A DNA stretch of 64,000 bases from Meyerozyma guilliermondii (Eukaryota), in the NCBI GenBank assembly GCA_051546255.1, contig CP128816.1:1-64000 (forward strand), given 5' to 3'. Each line of letters opens with the position of its first letter. The first letter of the stretch is position 1. Under the pieces are notes generated by a model. The model was not told the origin of the DNA. It saw only the letters and a list, made by a program, of their open reading frames with translations, and did no database searches. Made by a program: the position numbers and the translations under genes. Shown here one piece after another: positions 52,995 to 63,637 of the stretch.

Positions 52995-55937
52995 ATGGGT
53001 GTGCCAGCTTTATTTAGGTGGCTATCTCGAAAATACCCCAAGATCATCACTCCTGTTTATGAAGATCCACCCGAAGAGATAGGTGGTCCTCAGTATTCAG
53101 ATCCTAATCCTAATGGAGAATTGGACAATTTGTACCTCGATATGAATGGTATTGTTCATCCATGTTCCCACCCAGAACACAAACCAGCGCCTGAAACCGA
53201 AGACGAAATGTTTCTTGATGTCTTCAAGTACACGGATCGTGTTCTCATGATGGCAAGACCTCGGAAAGTGTTGATGATTGCCGTTGATGGTGTCGCACCT
53301 CGTGCCAAGATGAACCAGCAACGTTCGAGACGGTTCAGATCGGCTCAGGAAGCCAAGATTGCAGACGAGGAGAAACAGCGTCAAATCAAGGAGCGAGAGC
53401 TTCGTGGAGAATCCATAGACGAAGCTATAAAGGGCAAAAGATCGTGGGACTCCAATGCCATTACTCCAGGTACTCCATTTATGGACAAATTGGCCACAGC
53501 TTTGAGGTACTGGGTTGCCTACAAGTTGACTTCAGACCCTGGATGGGCCAATGTTCAGGTGATTATCAGCGATGCCACAGTTCCCGGTGAAGGTGAGCAT
53601 AAAATCATGAACTTTATAAGGCTGCAAAGACTGGATCCAGAATATGATCCCAACACGAAACACTGTATTTATGGGCTCGATGCCGATTTGATTTTCTTGG
53701 GCTTGGCGACACATGAACCTCACTTCCGGGTTTTACGTGAAGACGTCTTTGCCAATCAATCCAGGCAATTACGAGTGCTGGACCAGATTCTGATGACCCA
53801 AGAGCAGAAGGACTCGCTTGCTGCTCAGGATGCCAGAAAACCATTTTTGTGGCTTCACATTAACGTTTTGCGTGAGTACCTTGAAACCGAGCTTTTTGTG
53901 CCTCATCTTCCATTCACCTTCGATGTTGAGCGAGCCATCGACGATTGGATTTTTATGTGTTTCTTTGTTGGAAACGATTTCTTGCCGCATCTTCCAAGTT
54001 TAGATGTTCGTGATAATGGTATTGACATTCTTTTGGGGTGCTGGAAACGAGTGGTCCCCAAACTAAAAGGCTATATCACTTGCGATGGAAATCTTAATGT
54101 CGAAAGTGTGGAAAAGTTGATGAATGCTCTCACCTACAAAGAAGCAGAAATCTTTCGTAAGAGGCACGAGCAAGAAAAAAGGAGGGAAGAAAACGATAAA
54201 CGTCGTAAAGTGTTCCAAGAAGAAGACAGAGCGCTTAAAAACCAGTACCTTTCTCAGGTATCGAAGGGCCAAGATAAAGCACCGTTGGTAGCTGACACAC
54301 AAATGCCGTTGATGACTACCAGCGGAGAGGTGGTGGAAGGATACGCAAAGTTGTCCAATCGTGATATAGTCCACCATCGTGATGTTATAACGAAAGCCAA
54401 TATGCTGAACGCAGAAGCCGCCGCAGAACTCAAGAAATTGTTGGATGGTGGTATGGACAACTCCACGGATCAACAAGATTCAGAGACCAACGTGCAATCG
54501 AATGCCAGCGAGACTCTGGAGCAACCTTCACGCAAGCGTCCTTTAGAAAGCGAGCTTCCCACACCAGATGAGAATGGAGATGCCGTGAGAATGTGGGAGC
54601 CTGGTTACCATGATCGCTACTACCAAACCAAATTTCACCTTACAACCCAAGAGGAAATTGATGAAACTCGCCGAGGTCTTGTGCGGAGTTACTTGGAGGG
54701 GATTTCATGGGCATTGCTTTACTATTATCAAGGGTGTCCATCGTGGCAGTGGTATTATCCGTACCATTATGCTCCGTTCGCGGCGGACTTTGTGAATGTT
54801 TCAGACATTATTGGAGAGGAAGGTATCAAGTTTGATCTAGGGACTCCATTTCGGCCTTATGAGCAATTAATGGCGGTTCTTCCAGCAGCATCGGGACATA
54901 ATCTTCCCGAAGTTTTTCGTGATTTAATGTCAAATCCTGATAGTCCTATCATAGATTTCTATCCTGAAGAATTTGAAATTGATATGAACGGTAAGAAGAT
55001 GAGCTGGCAGGGTATAGCGTTACTTCCGTTTATCGAAGAAAAACGATTATTACTGGTGCTTGAGAGCAAATACCCGGAATTGACCGATGACGAAAGGGAC
55101 CGCAATACGCTCAAATCTGAAGTGCTTGTGATGTCTGCTCAAAACGTGAACTACAATCGGTTCAGTGAAATCTACAAATCCACCGACGAGAAAACCATCA
55201 CTTTTGGTTGCAGTGCAACCAATTTGGCGGGAACCATCTTTAAAAACGACCACTTTCAACTCGAAGGACTAACCAAATTTCCATTGAGTTATGGAGATAT
55301 GCCAGATATAGATAACGTGGAATACTTTTTGAGCTCCTACCACATGCCTCCCAAGAAACGGGGCAAATCCATGCTTCTTTGTGGTTACATTTCTCATCAG
55401 CCAGTGTTGACTCAAGACGATAAAAATACCATAATCTATGGATCGAGAAACAACGGTGGAGGAGGTCGCTTCCGGAGTCCCAATGATAACCGCGACTACG
55501 TCAATTCCGGTCCTATGGGCTCAGAGATTTACAAGGTTTACTCAATGAGAAGAGGAGGGTACAGGGCGTTCATCGAGATGCAGAATCAAGCCCAAAATTA
55601 TGGCTCACAAGGAGCCAATTATCAAAACGGAAACCAGGGTTATAATCAAGGAAACCAAGGATATAACCAAGGAAATCAAGGTTACAACCAAGGGTACCAA
55701 AATCAAGGTTACAATCGAAATCAAGGAAACCAATATAACCAAAATTACACTCAAGGCTACAATCAAGGTTATCAAGAAAATCAAAACTACAATCAAAATT
55801 ACAACCAAGGAAACCAAGGAAACCAAGGATACAGCCGCTACAACCAAGGAGGTTATAACCAAAATCAGGGATATCAAGGTGCCCGCCGCACCAATCGTGG
55901 TGGATTTGGTTCGCAACGGTCGTCTTATCGCCGTTAA
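52995..55937 (+). CDS. RAT1: 5'-3' exoribonuclease Rat1/Xrn2
   Basis: MGVPALFRWLSRKYPK, LYLDMNGIVH, DGVAPRAKMNQQR, NAITPGT, PGEGEHKI, GNDFLPH. N/Q/G/Y-rich tail. Confidence 0.95.
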   Translation: MGVPALFRWLSRKYPKIITPVYEDPPEEIGGPQYSDPNPNGELDNLYLDMNGIVHPCSHPEHKPAPETEDEMFLDVFKYTDRVLMMARPRKVLMIAVDGVAPRAKMNQQRSRRFRSAQEAKIADEEKQRQIKERELRGESIDEAIKGKRSWDSNAITPGTPFMDKLATALRYWVAYKLTSDPGWANVQVIISDATVPGEGEHKIMNFIRLQRLDPEYDPNTKHCIYGLDADLIFLGLATHEPHFRVLREDVFANQSRQLRVLDQILMTQEQKDSLAAQDARKPFLWLHINVLREYLETELFVPHLPFTFDVERAIDDWIFMCFFVGNDFLPHLPSLDVRDNGIDILLGCWKRVVPKLKGYITCDGNLNVESVEKLMNALTYKEAEIFRKRHEQEKRREENDKRRKVFQEEDRALKNQYLSQVSKGQDKAPLVADTQMPLMTTSGEVVEGYAKLSNRDIVHHRDVITKANMLNAEAAAELKKLLDGGMDNSTDQQDSETNVQSNASETLEQPSRKRPLESELPTPDENGDAVRMWEPGYHDRYYQTKFHLTTQEEIDETRRGLVRSYLEGISWALLYYYQGCPSWQWYYPYHYAPFAADFVNVSDIIGEEGIKFDLGTPFRPYEQLMAVLPAASGHNLPEVFRDLMSNPDSPIIDFYPEEFEIDMNGKKMSWQGIALLPFIEEKRLLLVLESKYPELTDDERDRNTLKSEVLVMSAQNVNYNRFSEIYKSTDEKTITFGCSATNLAGTIFKNDHFQLEGLTKFPLSYGDMPDIDNVEYFLSSYHMPPKKRGKSMLLCGYISHQPVLTQDDKNTIIYGSRNNGGGGRFRSPNDNRDYVNSGPMGSEIYKVYSMRRGGYRAFIEMQNQAQNYGSQGANYQNGNQGYNQGNQGYNQGNQGYNQGYQNQGYNRNQGNQYNQNYTQGYNQGYQENQNYNQNYNQGNQGNQGYSRYNQGGYNQNQGYQGARRTNRGGFGSQRSSYRR

Positions 55938-56023
55938 TTCGCACCGTTTTCAAATTCATTTGTAATATTACAACTGTGTATACTAGTAATTGCAACGATT
56001 ACCTCCCCATAGACCATTGAGCC

Positions 56024-57151
56024 ATGTACCCCTTGTATAAATATAACGATAAGGTCGTTCTGGCCAAAGATGATTATCTGTTAGTTCGAGATTTAGCTGA
56101 ATCTTCTGTTCCTCGATTGACTCCTAGTATCATTTCCCACTATAATGAAGGCCATCAGCTCTACATAGTTGACTCTGTGTACTCGGGAACTGGTCGTTCA
56201 AACGAGCTGGACGTGTACCAGAAGCTCATAAAGCCACTGTTTTTAGAATTGGGAATTGACCACAAGTACGTTTCTACCTCATCGGCAGACACCATTTCAG
56301 AGTTTGCTGGTTCTCTCAATGGGTCCGTTTGCACGGTTTTGTTCATCAGTGGCGATACTTCAGTCAATGAGTTTATCAATTCTCTTCTGGAGACAAAAGA
56401 GGGAACTGTTAACGTTGGTATAATTCCTCTGGGAACCGGCAATAGTATTGCACTCTCTCTTGGAATCACCAATGTTTTCGTGGCACTACAAAGGTTTTTC
56501 CAAAGCATTGAACTGAAAAAAACCGTCCCTTTCTACACATACGAAGCTTCTTTTCCCCGTGGCTCCTACTTTATTCACCAAAATGTCAAGACCCATACCA
56601 TCGAGAACCCAGTGCGATTCCTGGTGGTTCTTTCATGGGCATTTCACGCTGCCCTCGTTGCCGATAGCGATACCCCCGAGCTTCGGAAGCACGGGGTAAG
56701 CCGTTTTCGCATGGCTGCCGAGAATAATTTGAAACTGAATACTTTTTATAACGGCTCTTATTCCGTTGGAGGGGAAACTTACAATGGTCCTTTTGCTTAT
56801 TGGCTAGTTACAGCCACGTCAAGGTTCGAGGAAAAGTTTTTGATTCTGCCCAAGGGCAACATTCTTCACCCAGACCTCTACTTGGTTCTGTTTGGAGCTC
56901 AAGAAGATAATTCAGGAAAATACATCATGGATGTAATGGAACAGGTTTATCTGGAAGGAAGCCATTTGGCAAACCCTGACGTTGAGTATAAGCAAATTGA
57001 TTCTACATCACAACTAAAGCTTTCAGTCGACTCTCCGGACCAGCGGTTGTGTCTAGATGGTGCCATTGTAAAGGTTCCAGAACCAGGCTCCATCTCAGTC
57101 AAAGTACTGGGTAACGAAATAGGAAAGTGGAAACTCTACATTATCACATAA
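56024..57151 (+). CDS. DAGK catalytic-domain protein (sphingosine/diacylglycerol kinase-like)
   Basis: SGDT (for SGDG) followed by NEFINS, then IP.GTGNSIA and CLDG. Confidence 0.75.
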   Translation: MYPLYKYNDKVVLAKDDYLLVRDLAESSVPRLTPSIISHYNEGHQLYIVDSVYSGTGRSNELDVYQKLIKPLFLELGIDHKYVSTSSADTISEFAGSLNGSVCTVLFISGDTSVNEFINSLLETKEGTVNVGIIPLGTGNSIALSLGITNVFVALQRFFQSIELKKTVPFYTYEASFPRGSYFIHQNVKTHTIENPVRFLVVLSWAFHAALVADSDTPELRKHGVSRFRMAAENNLKLNTFYNGSYSVGGETYNGPFAYWLVTATSRFEEKFLILPKGNILHPDLYLVLFGAQEDNSGKYIMDVMEQVYLEGSHLANPDVEYKQIDSTSQLKLSVDSPDQRLCLDGAIVKVPEPGSISVKVLGNEIGKWKLYIIT

Positions 57152-57323
57152 GAACTAGATATGAACTGACTACTATAGACGAATATATATGATCAGATGA
57201 TTACAGACAGAACTATTACATATGGCTACTCCATCTTTTTTATGTGTCCCTCTTTTCCTTGGTGCTCTGATTCATGCAGTCCATCGCTCAATATTTCAAA
57301 ACATCTTCGCTGAGAACAACAGC

Positions 57324-60300
57324 ATGCACTGGTCTATCGAGCCTTTTGAGGAATGCTACAATTCCATTCGAAAGTTTGGTTCTGTGGACCAAAATCTTCT
57401 AGAGAACATTAGTGAAGATCTATTGTCTCTTTTGATTCATCCTGGAAGAAACGACAAATCCAAGTCGCAGCTCATCAACGAAAACGAACCTATCACGTTC
57501 TCCAATGGTGACCAATATAGACTCAACAGAGAGTTCATTGACGTCTCGGGAGTGCTTGCAGCAGAACTTGACTTGGACGAAATAGCAACTGCCGAACTTC
57601 TTTGGTACGCCAACAAATTATCTTTCAACAACGGCACATCTTTCATCGACAGTGGTCGTTACGCATATTTCACAAGAGCTCAGTATATCCTTAATATCCT
57701 TGGATACCTCACACTGCAAGAGGAGCTCGGAATGGTTGTCAAAGACTACCAAAAATTTCTTGACAATGTTTTACAAAGTTTCAAAATCATATACTCACAC
57801 GTGAGTACCCTAAATGAACTTATTGATAAACAAAAGGTTACAGGTGACATTAACAATCTCCAGTTTACTAGTGCCATTGCTTACCTGCGCTCGAACTTGT
57901 TCAAATTTCACGAACTACTTGGTGAACTATTGTTTGGACTTTTTTCCAGGTACTTTGCTCACTACAATACTTCTCAACATTTCACAAAAAATATCGACCA
58001 TATCAAACAAAACGTTGCCGATGAAGACGTTCTCATCTTTCACTACCTCCCTGCTCTTTTCTCCTTTGTGAATCACCTCGACAAAATTAAAGACGTCGAC
58101 CAACTCCACAGGTCCATCACCTCAAAATTGAATCAAGATTACCTGAAACTTTCCAGTGCCGATGAAGTCCGCATATCCAACTCAAACCTAAAGGGATTCG
58201 AAGTCCTTATTTACATGTTCTTCTTCATCTACTTTATTACTTGGTGTAAGTCGCTGGATGAGAGAATACGAAAATTCGATTTCAAAGAAGACTGCCTCAA
58301 ATACATTGAGATTGTGATAAGCTATGGCGCTGCAGAAAAGCTTCTTTGCTGCACAGCTGATTCTGCTCACCCCAAAACCACAGAACTCATTGAAATGAAA
58401 AATTTGTACGATTTTCGTTCATTGTTACAAAAGGTGTTTCCAAGATTCACCTCTGTCAAATTCGCCTATCCCAACCAAGACTTACAGAGCATCGTAAGCG
58501 CCAACCCGGAATTGACAAATATCAATGCATTGCTCGTTACCTATTCAGTTTCTGATGAATTTAACGAAAACTTACTAGCACCCTTTTATCACGAATTTTT
58601 CAGAGAATTCGTTAATAACGCAGCAATTGTGATGACACTGTTAAGGGACAACGAAGAGGACTTTTTGTTGTCGTCGTTGAATAAACAGCTCTTGGACGAT
58701 CCCAACGCTGCTTCCAAGAAAGCAAATTCGAACGATTTTGCTGGTGTTGATCTTGATGAAATTGCAGAAGTCGCAGACTTGGAGAGATTGTATTTGGCGT
58801 TCAGTTATAGTTATCTCCACCGTCCAGAGCTTTGTGCTATGCTCTGGGTCGATGAGGAACTTTCACCCGACATTGTTGGCTTTATCAACTGGGGACTCAG
58901 TTATAATACCTCTCCATTAATTGCTTCGACTTTTTGCTTGTTACTTGGGTCCATTACTTATGCTGGTCCAAGCTCTGCTGTCAAGGTGTGGGACTTGTTG
59001 GTCAGCAACAATAATGCCTCCTTGAAGAAGAACGATTACTCGAAAATATCACTTGACTCGATTGTCGACTCTTTGGAATATTATATTGGCGCCTTGTTTG
59101 AAAACTTCGAAAACGACTTGAATGAGCAACTAAAGCAGCAACAAAAAAGACAAGACTACATGTTTTCAGCGAACTTTGCATCGGAATCTGACTCTCGCAA
59201 TATTACAATTGAATTAGCGGAAGACTCCATTGTGTTCATTTCTGGGTTCGTTCAGCTTATCTCGCTGATTGTGAGAAACATCTCATCGTATCCTGCAGCT
59301 TCAACGTTGCTGGCCTCAGATTCCTCCAACCTTAAGAACACAATCTTCAACCGCTTTTTACCTCTCATCACCGATTTCCTCAAGTTTGACAACACAATAA
59401 TGGGAATCAAAAACAGCACAGGCGATAACAAAATTTACGAAGGTAGCATCACAGTCAACACAGAAACGAGGGTAGTGTTGATAAACTTGATGCTAAACTT
59501 TTTGGAAGACTTTGTTCATGCGAACGATGACTTGACCTTGCGATACCAAATCTGGAATTTGATTGACAAGTGGTTTTGCCATGCCCTTGCCGAAAAAGAG
59601 AATCAATCCAACGGCTTTTTGAATAACAACGTTAAAAGAAGCCGTGTGAAACTTGTCAGAATCGAGGATGGATTTCACATGAACTTATCACATATTTCAC
59701 AGGTCAACAATTTTGTCGATTTGTTGATTCTGTTACTAAAGCCGTTGCATAACACTCACCAAGCATTCATAACATACAAGCTCTTGTATCCACCCGACCT
59801 TGGTGATGGCCACAGACCTCAAGATCATATAGGAATATGGCCATATATGGAGTACCTATTGGTGGAGGTATTCGGAAAGTCAACCCAAGTTGATGAGAAA
59901 TTTAGGATACTGCTTCAGCTCAAGTTGGTCAAGCTTATGGAGCTGTCTTTGAATGAAATTGACTGGCAGTTCTTGGCTGTCGTTGCTCCAAAGCTCATTC
60001 GAAACTACGACATCAGCTCGATCTTCGACACCTCGTATGCGCCATTGGATTTTCAACTCTTTGCGAAACTTCACCATTCGATTGCAATTCTTCATTACAC
60101 CTATGAAGACAGCGTTACGAGATCTTTGTTCTCTATCGTTGACACTGGTATTGAAGGACTTAATAGCTCTCCAAAATCAGAAACTTTGGTTGAAAACTGT
60201 TTGAAAGTTGCAGATAAGATCCTACTGTTGCAGGACTTTTATGTCGGCCAGGCACTCCCGGTATTGAGAGACACAGCAAAACCGCCTACCTCGTCGCATA

Positions 60301-62738
60301 CATCAATGTCTTTAGTCGCAGCTTCTAATAACATCTACGACCGTGTGAGTCTCCCACAAAATTTGGGAAACGGCGTTGTTGACTTTTTCCAGGTCTTTTT
60401 GTTCAATTTATCGTCCGTTGCGACATTGGCCTTGTACGTTGGGAGCGACAGTATACCGATTGCCAAAGTTTCTCTTGAGATATTGAAGAAACTTGCCAGT
60501 TCTCAATTCTTCGATGGTCAATCAGGTGCCGAAAATCTTACAGACAGCAACCGTCTTTTGACAATTTTCAAATCTGTGGATGAATCTGACAGAATCAAGT
60601 TTGGATTCATTCAGCAGCTACAGAAGGATACTGAAAGCATCGAGATTTTGGAACTCAAATTACAAATCTTGAATTTCTTGATTGATAATCTTCAGCTGCA
60701 CCGAATGTCTGTCTCTCACTTTTTATTGGGATTCAAGTCCCAGGGTGGTATCATACACCTTGATCCATCTGATGAGCACAATACCCTCTTGAAATCGTTG
60801 CTTGTGTCTCTCGATACTTTTTTCCGGTCCATGGCTGAGCTAGACTATCAGAACGGAAACAGGCATGTAATTGATGTTGGTTCCACCACTCTTGTTTCCT
60901 TGATCATGGATTTGATAGCGAACCTTTGTCGTCATCCTCAGACATCATCAACCACTTTGTCATACATAAAAGGACTGGTTAATGTCGATATTTTCCGAGT
61001 CTCTGTGGAAGCTCAACCAGTCGTTGATGTGCGAACCATCTGGTTTGACACGGAGTTTGATGGAGAATTGCACGAAAGGTTGCAGAACAAATTCATACAG
61101 AGCAATTTAGCTGTTGGGTCTTTCTTTGCATTTATAAAGCAGAGGAACCTTGTGTTCCAGCTCCTTGCACTTGATATGCTTAATTTTTCAGATAACAGTT
61201 CTTTGATGAAGAAGAAAGCGTACAAGCAGTTACTTCTAGCTGGTCAAAACACCTTGAATGGAGCTCCAAAGTTGCTTTCGTTTCTAGACGTACTCAATTA
61301 CGAATTCAGTGACTTTGGGGACTTGAAAGTGGAGACTTATTCTCAAAAGTACGACTTGAAGTACTTTTTTGAGTTATTGCAAAACAAGCCGTCGGGCTTG
61401 GGCCGAGCCGTCGATCTCTCTGTGATTGAGAAAACTTTCATGCTTCTTTGCAGAAACCAGAGCGATAGTATACTATCAGATCTCACGAAAGAGTCGATAT
61501 CTCAACTGATTATAACTGAAGGAAACTACCTAGCCGATTATATGACCAAATTGGTGTTCTCACAGGAGCTTGAAGACCTCCAGGTTTCGTGCTTACACTC
61601 TTGGTCCCAATTAGTTCAAGCGCTTCTTTTGGACGATTCTATGGAATCATCGGAGAGGATCAATTTTATCATGGAAGTGTTCCAGATTATTCTCCCCAAA
61701 ATCAATGATTCTTATGATACGAGGATAAGGTTTTGTGAAGAGTTGATCTCATTATGTGTTCCTTTGTTTGAAGTTTTCGATACAGATCAATCGAAAAAAG
61801 AAGATGTGGAGGAACGTATCCATAAGTCGATTCCTTTGCTCTTGACATGTATCAAAGGAATAACGTCATCCACCTCTACTCCAGAATTGAGGTCTGACCT
61901 TTACGTGCTTTCTACCAAGTATCTTCAACAAGTAATGGGGCACGAAACATTGGAGTTGGTGACGAAAAATTTGGTCAAATCCAACGATACGAGATTGCTT
62001 GCAACTGTATGTAACGATGCAATTTGTGCTGAAGGGGCGCCAAGAATCACGTCGCTCTTGTTCCTTGAATCGCTTATTCATCTAGCATCCAACTGCAAAG
62101 ACGATTTTGCCATGGAAACCATCTTGAAGACCAACTCTCTTGTATTGTTGGTACATTCGTTGAAGCGTACCGATGAGGTGATAACAGAGTTTCTGAAGGA
62201 TGGCTCTCTGAATATGCATATGGGAGTAGAGTCGTTGGTATACGAACTCATTTCATTCAAGACCATGCTTTATGTGTTTTTGCGTATTGCTCAAACGAGA
62301 ACAGGTGCATCCCAGCTTGTTCAAAATGACATTTTTACCATATTCAAGCTGTTGAAATTCATATCCATCGATCCTGACTTGGGCATGGACCTCAGGCTTA
62401 GACCACAAGGCGATGGAAATAAGTTTGAGTTGAATTTTTCACTCGACCATAACTTGACTTTTTCTGGTGATCCCGATGATGGTATTTCATATTTTGAATT
62501 TCTCATCCCTGCTTTCCAAGTGATAAATGCTATTTTATTGGCAATGGGTCCATCATATAAGCCCACTGTGATCCAAGCGAAAGATTTGATGCGGCATTTC
62601 CGAGTATTAATAGTAGGAGTTTTAAAGAGAGATGTTCTCTTGGCCGAGAAGAAAAAGACAAACTACACTGCAGGGTTGCACCAGTTGATAGAGTTGTTTA
62701 CATTGTTAGACACTTTGGTGACACAAAGTGAAGAGTGA
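57324..62738 (+). CDS. NUP192: Nucleoporin Nup192 (Nup205 family)
   Basis: About 1800-aa helical protein; ELDLDEI..AEL, DLERLYL, LG.G.R...GIWPY, DPDLG. Start at MHWS (57324), or at 57222. Confidence 0.88.
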   Translation: MHWSIEPFEECYNSIRKFGSVDQNLLENISEDLLSLLIHPGRNDKSKSQLINENEPITFSNGDQYRLNREFIDVSGVLAAELDLDEIATAELLWYANKLSFNNGTSFIDSGRYAYFTRAQYILNILGYLTLQEELGMVVKDYQKFLDNVLQSFKIIYSHVSTLNELIDKQKVTGDINNLQFTSAIAYLRSNLFKFHELLGELLFGLFSRYFAHYNTSQHFTKNIDHIKQNVADEDVLIFHYLPALFSFVNHLDKIKDVDQLHRSITSKLNQDYLKLSSADEVRISNSNLKGFEVLIYMFFFIYFITWCKSLDERIRKFDFKEDCLKYIEIVISYGAAEKLLCCTADSAHPKTTELIEMKNLYDFRSLLQKVFPRFTSVKFAYPNQDLQSIVSANPELTNINALLVTYSVSDEFNENLLAPFYHEFFREFVNNAAIVMTLLRDNEEDFLLSSLNKQLLDDPNAASKKANSNDFAGVDLDEIAEVADLERLYLAFSYSYLHRPELCAMLWVDEELSPDIVGFINWGLSYNTSPLIASTFCLLLGSITYAGPSSAVKVWDLLVSNNNASLKKNDYSKISLDSIVDSLEYYIGALFENFENDLNEQLKQQQKRQDYMFSANFASESDSRNITIELAEDSIVFISGFVQLISLIVRNISSYPAASTLLASDSSNLKNTIFNRFLPLITDFLKFDNTIMGIKNSTGDNKIYEGSITVNTETRVVLINLMLNFLEDFVHANDDLTLRYQIWNLIDKWFCHALAEKENQSNGFLNNNVKRSRVKLVRIEDGFHMNLSHISQVNNFVDLLILLLKPLHNTHQAFITYKLLYPPDLGDGHRPQDHIGIWPYMEYLLVEVFGKSTQVDEKFRILLQLKLVKLMELSLNEIDWQFLAVVAPKLIRNYDISSIFDTSYAPLDFQLFAKLHHSIAILHYTYEDSVTRSLFSIVDTGIEGLNSSPKSETLVENCLKVADKILLLQDFYVGQALPVLRDTAKPPTSSHTSMSLVAASNNIYDRVSLPQNLGNGVVDFFQVFLFNLSSVATLALYVGSDSIPIAKVSLEILKKLASSQFFDGQSGAENLTDSNRLLTIFKSVDESDRIKFGFIQQLQKDTESIEILELKLQILNFLIDNLQLHRMSVSHFLLGFKSQGGIIHLDPSDEHNTLLKSLLVSLDTFFRSMAELDYQNGNRHVIDVGSTTLVSLIMDLIANLCRHPQTSSTTLSYIKGLVNVDIFRVSVEAQPVVDVRTIWFDTEFDGELHERLQNKFIQSNLAVGSFFAFIKQRNLVFQLLALDMLNFSDNSSLMKKKAYKQLLLAGQNTLNGAPKLLSFLDVLNYEFSDFGDLKVETYSQKYDLKYFFELLQNKPSGLGRAVDLSVIEKTFMLLCRNQSDSILSDLTKESISQLIITEGNYLADYMTKLVFSQELEDLQVSCLHSWSQLVQALLLDDSMESSERINFIMEVFQIILPKINDSYDTRIRFCEELISLCVPLFEVFDTDQSKKEDVEERIHKSIPLLLTCIKGITSSTSTPELRSDLYVLSTKYLQQVMGHETLELVTKNLVKSNDTRLLATVCNDAICAEGAPRITSLLFLESLIHLASNCKDDFAMETILKTNSLVLLVHSLKRTDEVITEFLKDGSLNMHMGVESLVYELISFKTMLYVFLRIAQTRTGASQLVQNDIFTIFKLLKFISIDPDLGMDLRLRPQGDGNKFELNFSLDHNLTFSGDPDDGISYFEFLIPAFQVINAILLAMGPSYKPTVIQAKDLMRHFRVLIVGVLKRDVLLAEKKKTNYTAGLHQLIELFTLLDTLVTQSEE

Positions 62739-62853
62739 AATATACGCAGAATAGAGAGTTTAGTAAAAAAAATGCTGAGAGTAAATGGCTGTAGTCAATG
62801 AAAGGCTTGGTAATGCCAGTATAATTTTGGGATGTGCTTTTTCCTCCAGCAAT

Positions 62854-62927
62854 GGTTCTGTGGTCTAGTTGGTTATGGCATCTGCTTAACACGCAGAACG
62901 TCCCCAGTTCGATCCTGGGCAGAATCA
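62854..62927 (+). tRNA. tRNA-Val(AAC)
   Basis: Acceptor stem GGTTCTG/CAGAATC, anticodon arm TCTGC-TTAACAC-GCAGA, T-loop GTTCGATC, no intron. Confidence 0.96.
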
Positions 62928-62937
62928 TTTTTTTTTT
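62928..62937 (+). terminator. Pol III oligo-T terminator
   Basis: Run of 10 T directly after the tRNA discriminator base. Confidence 0.85.
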
Positions 62938-63175
62938 CAAATTTTTTTGCTTCATTGCAAGACAAGTTAAGAAGGAAGAAGCACGCATAAGAGAAACAAT
63001 GGAGAAGAATTTAAAAAAGATTGTTGCCCCTATATTGTGCCCCTGGTGTCTCTAAGCCACGGATCTATGGAGGACTCTCCGGACGAAATTCCACTTTGGG
63101 TAATTCGAGCGGTTGCAAAAAATCACAAAAAACTATAAATTTGCACCAAAATTTTAAAATACAGCTTAACCTAAG

Positions 63176-63637
63176 ATGCCTGAAACCCATATACTCAACC
63201 TGATTACGGAACGTGAAGCTGTCGCAGATGCTTTGTATCGTGCTGCCAGTGCATTTGACGACAATGATGTTGGCTTGTTCAACTCGGCAATGTGTGAAGA
63301 TGTGATTTTTAAAATGAACGAAAATGTTATTACTGGACGGGAAGCCATCAAGACTCAGTTCCTTGACTTTGTGGGACCCAAGGATACCACACATATGATC
63401 AGCAATGTGAGAGTTGACTTGAAGCCTGGAGACAAGACGGCCTCTTTAAGCGCATATGCCCAGGCTCAGCATTGCCATCCAGGACAAGGTTGTGATACCA
63501 GCAGCCCCAAGTACATGTCTGGATCCCGGTACAATCTCAATCTCGTGAAAGACAAGGAAAATGTTTGGAAAATCAAGGAATGGAATATGAAGATTATCTG
63601 GCTTGAAGGTGATGCCTCTGTGTTGCTGAGGGAGTAG
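63176..63637 (+). CDS. SnoaL-like / NTF2-like domain protein
   Basis: TEREAVADALYR...FDDND, GREAI, DTTHMISNVRV, A...AQH, W.IK.W..KIIW.EGD. Confidence 0.8.
   Translation: MPETHILNLITEREAVADALYRAASAFDDNDVGLFNSAMCEDVIFKMNENVITGREAIKTQFLDFVGPKDTTHMISNVRVDLKPGDKTASLSAYAQAQHCHPGQGCDTSSPKYMSGSRYNLNLVKDKENVWKIKEWNMKIIWLEGDASVLLRE

Noticed and set aside
55570..55995. Hydrophobic antisense ORFs over the RAT1 3' end
   Set aside because: Shadows of the NQGY repeat.
62698..63055. Short ORFs overlapping the tRNA
   Set aside because: Spurious frames through the tRNA-Val gene.
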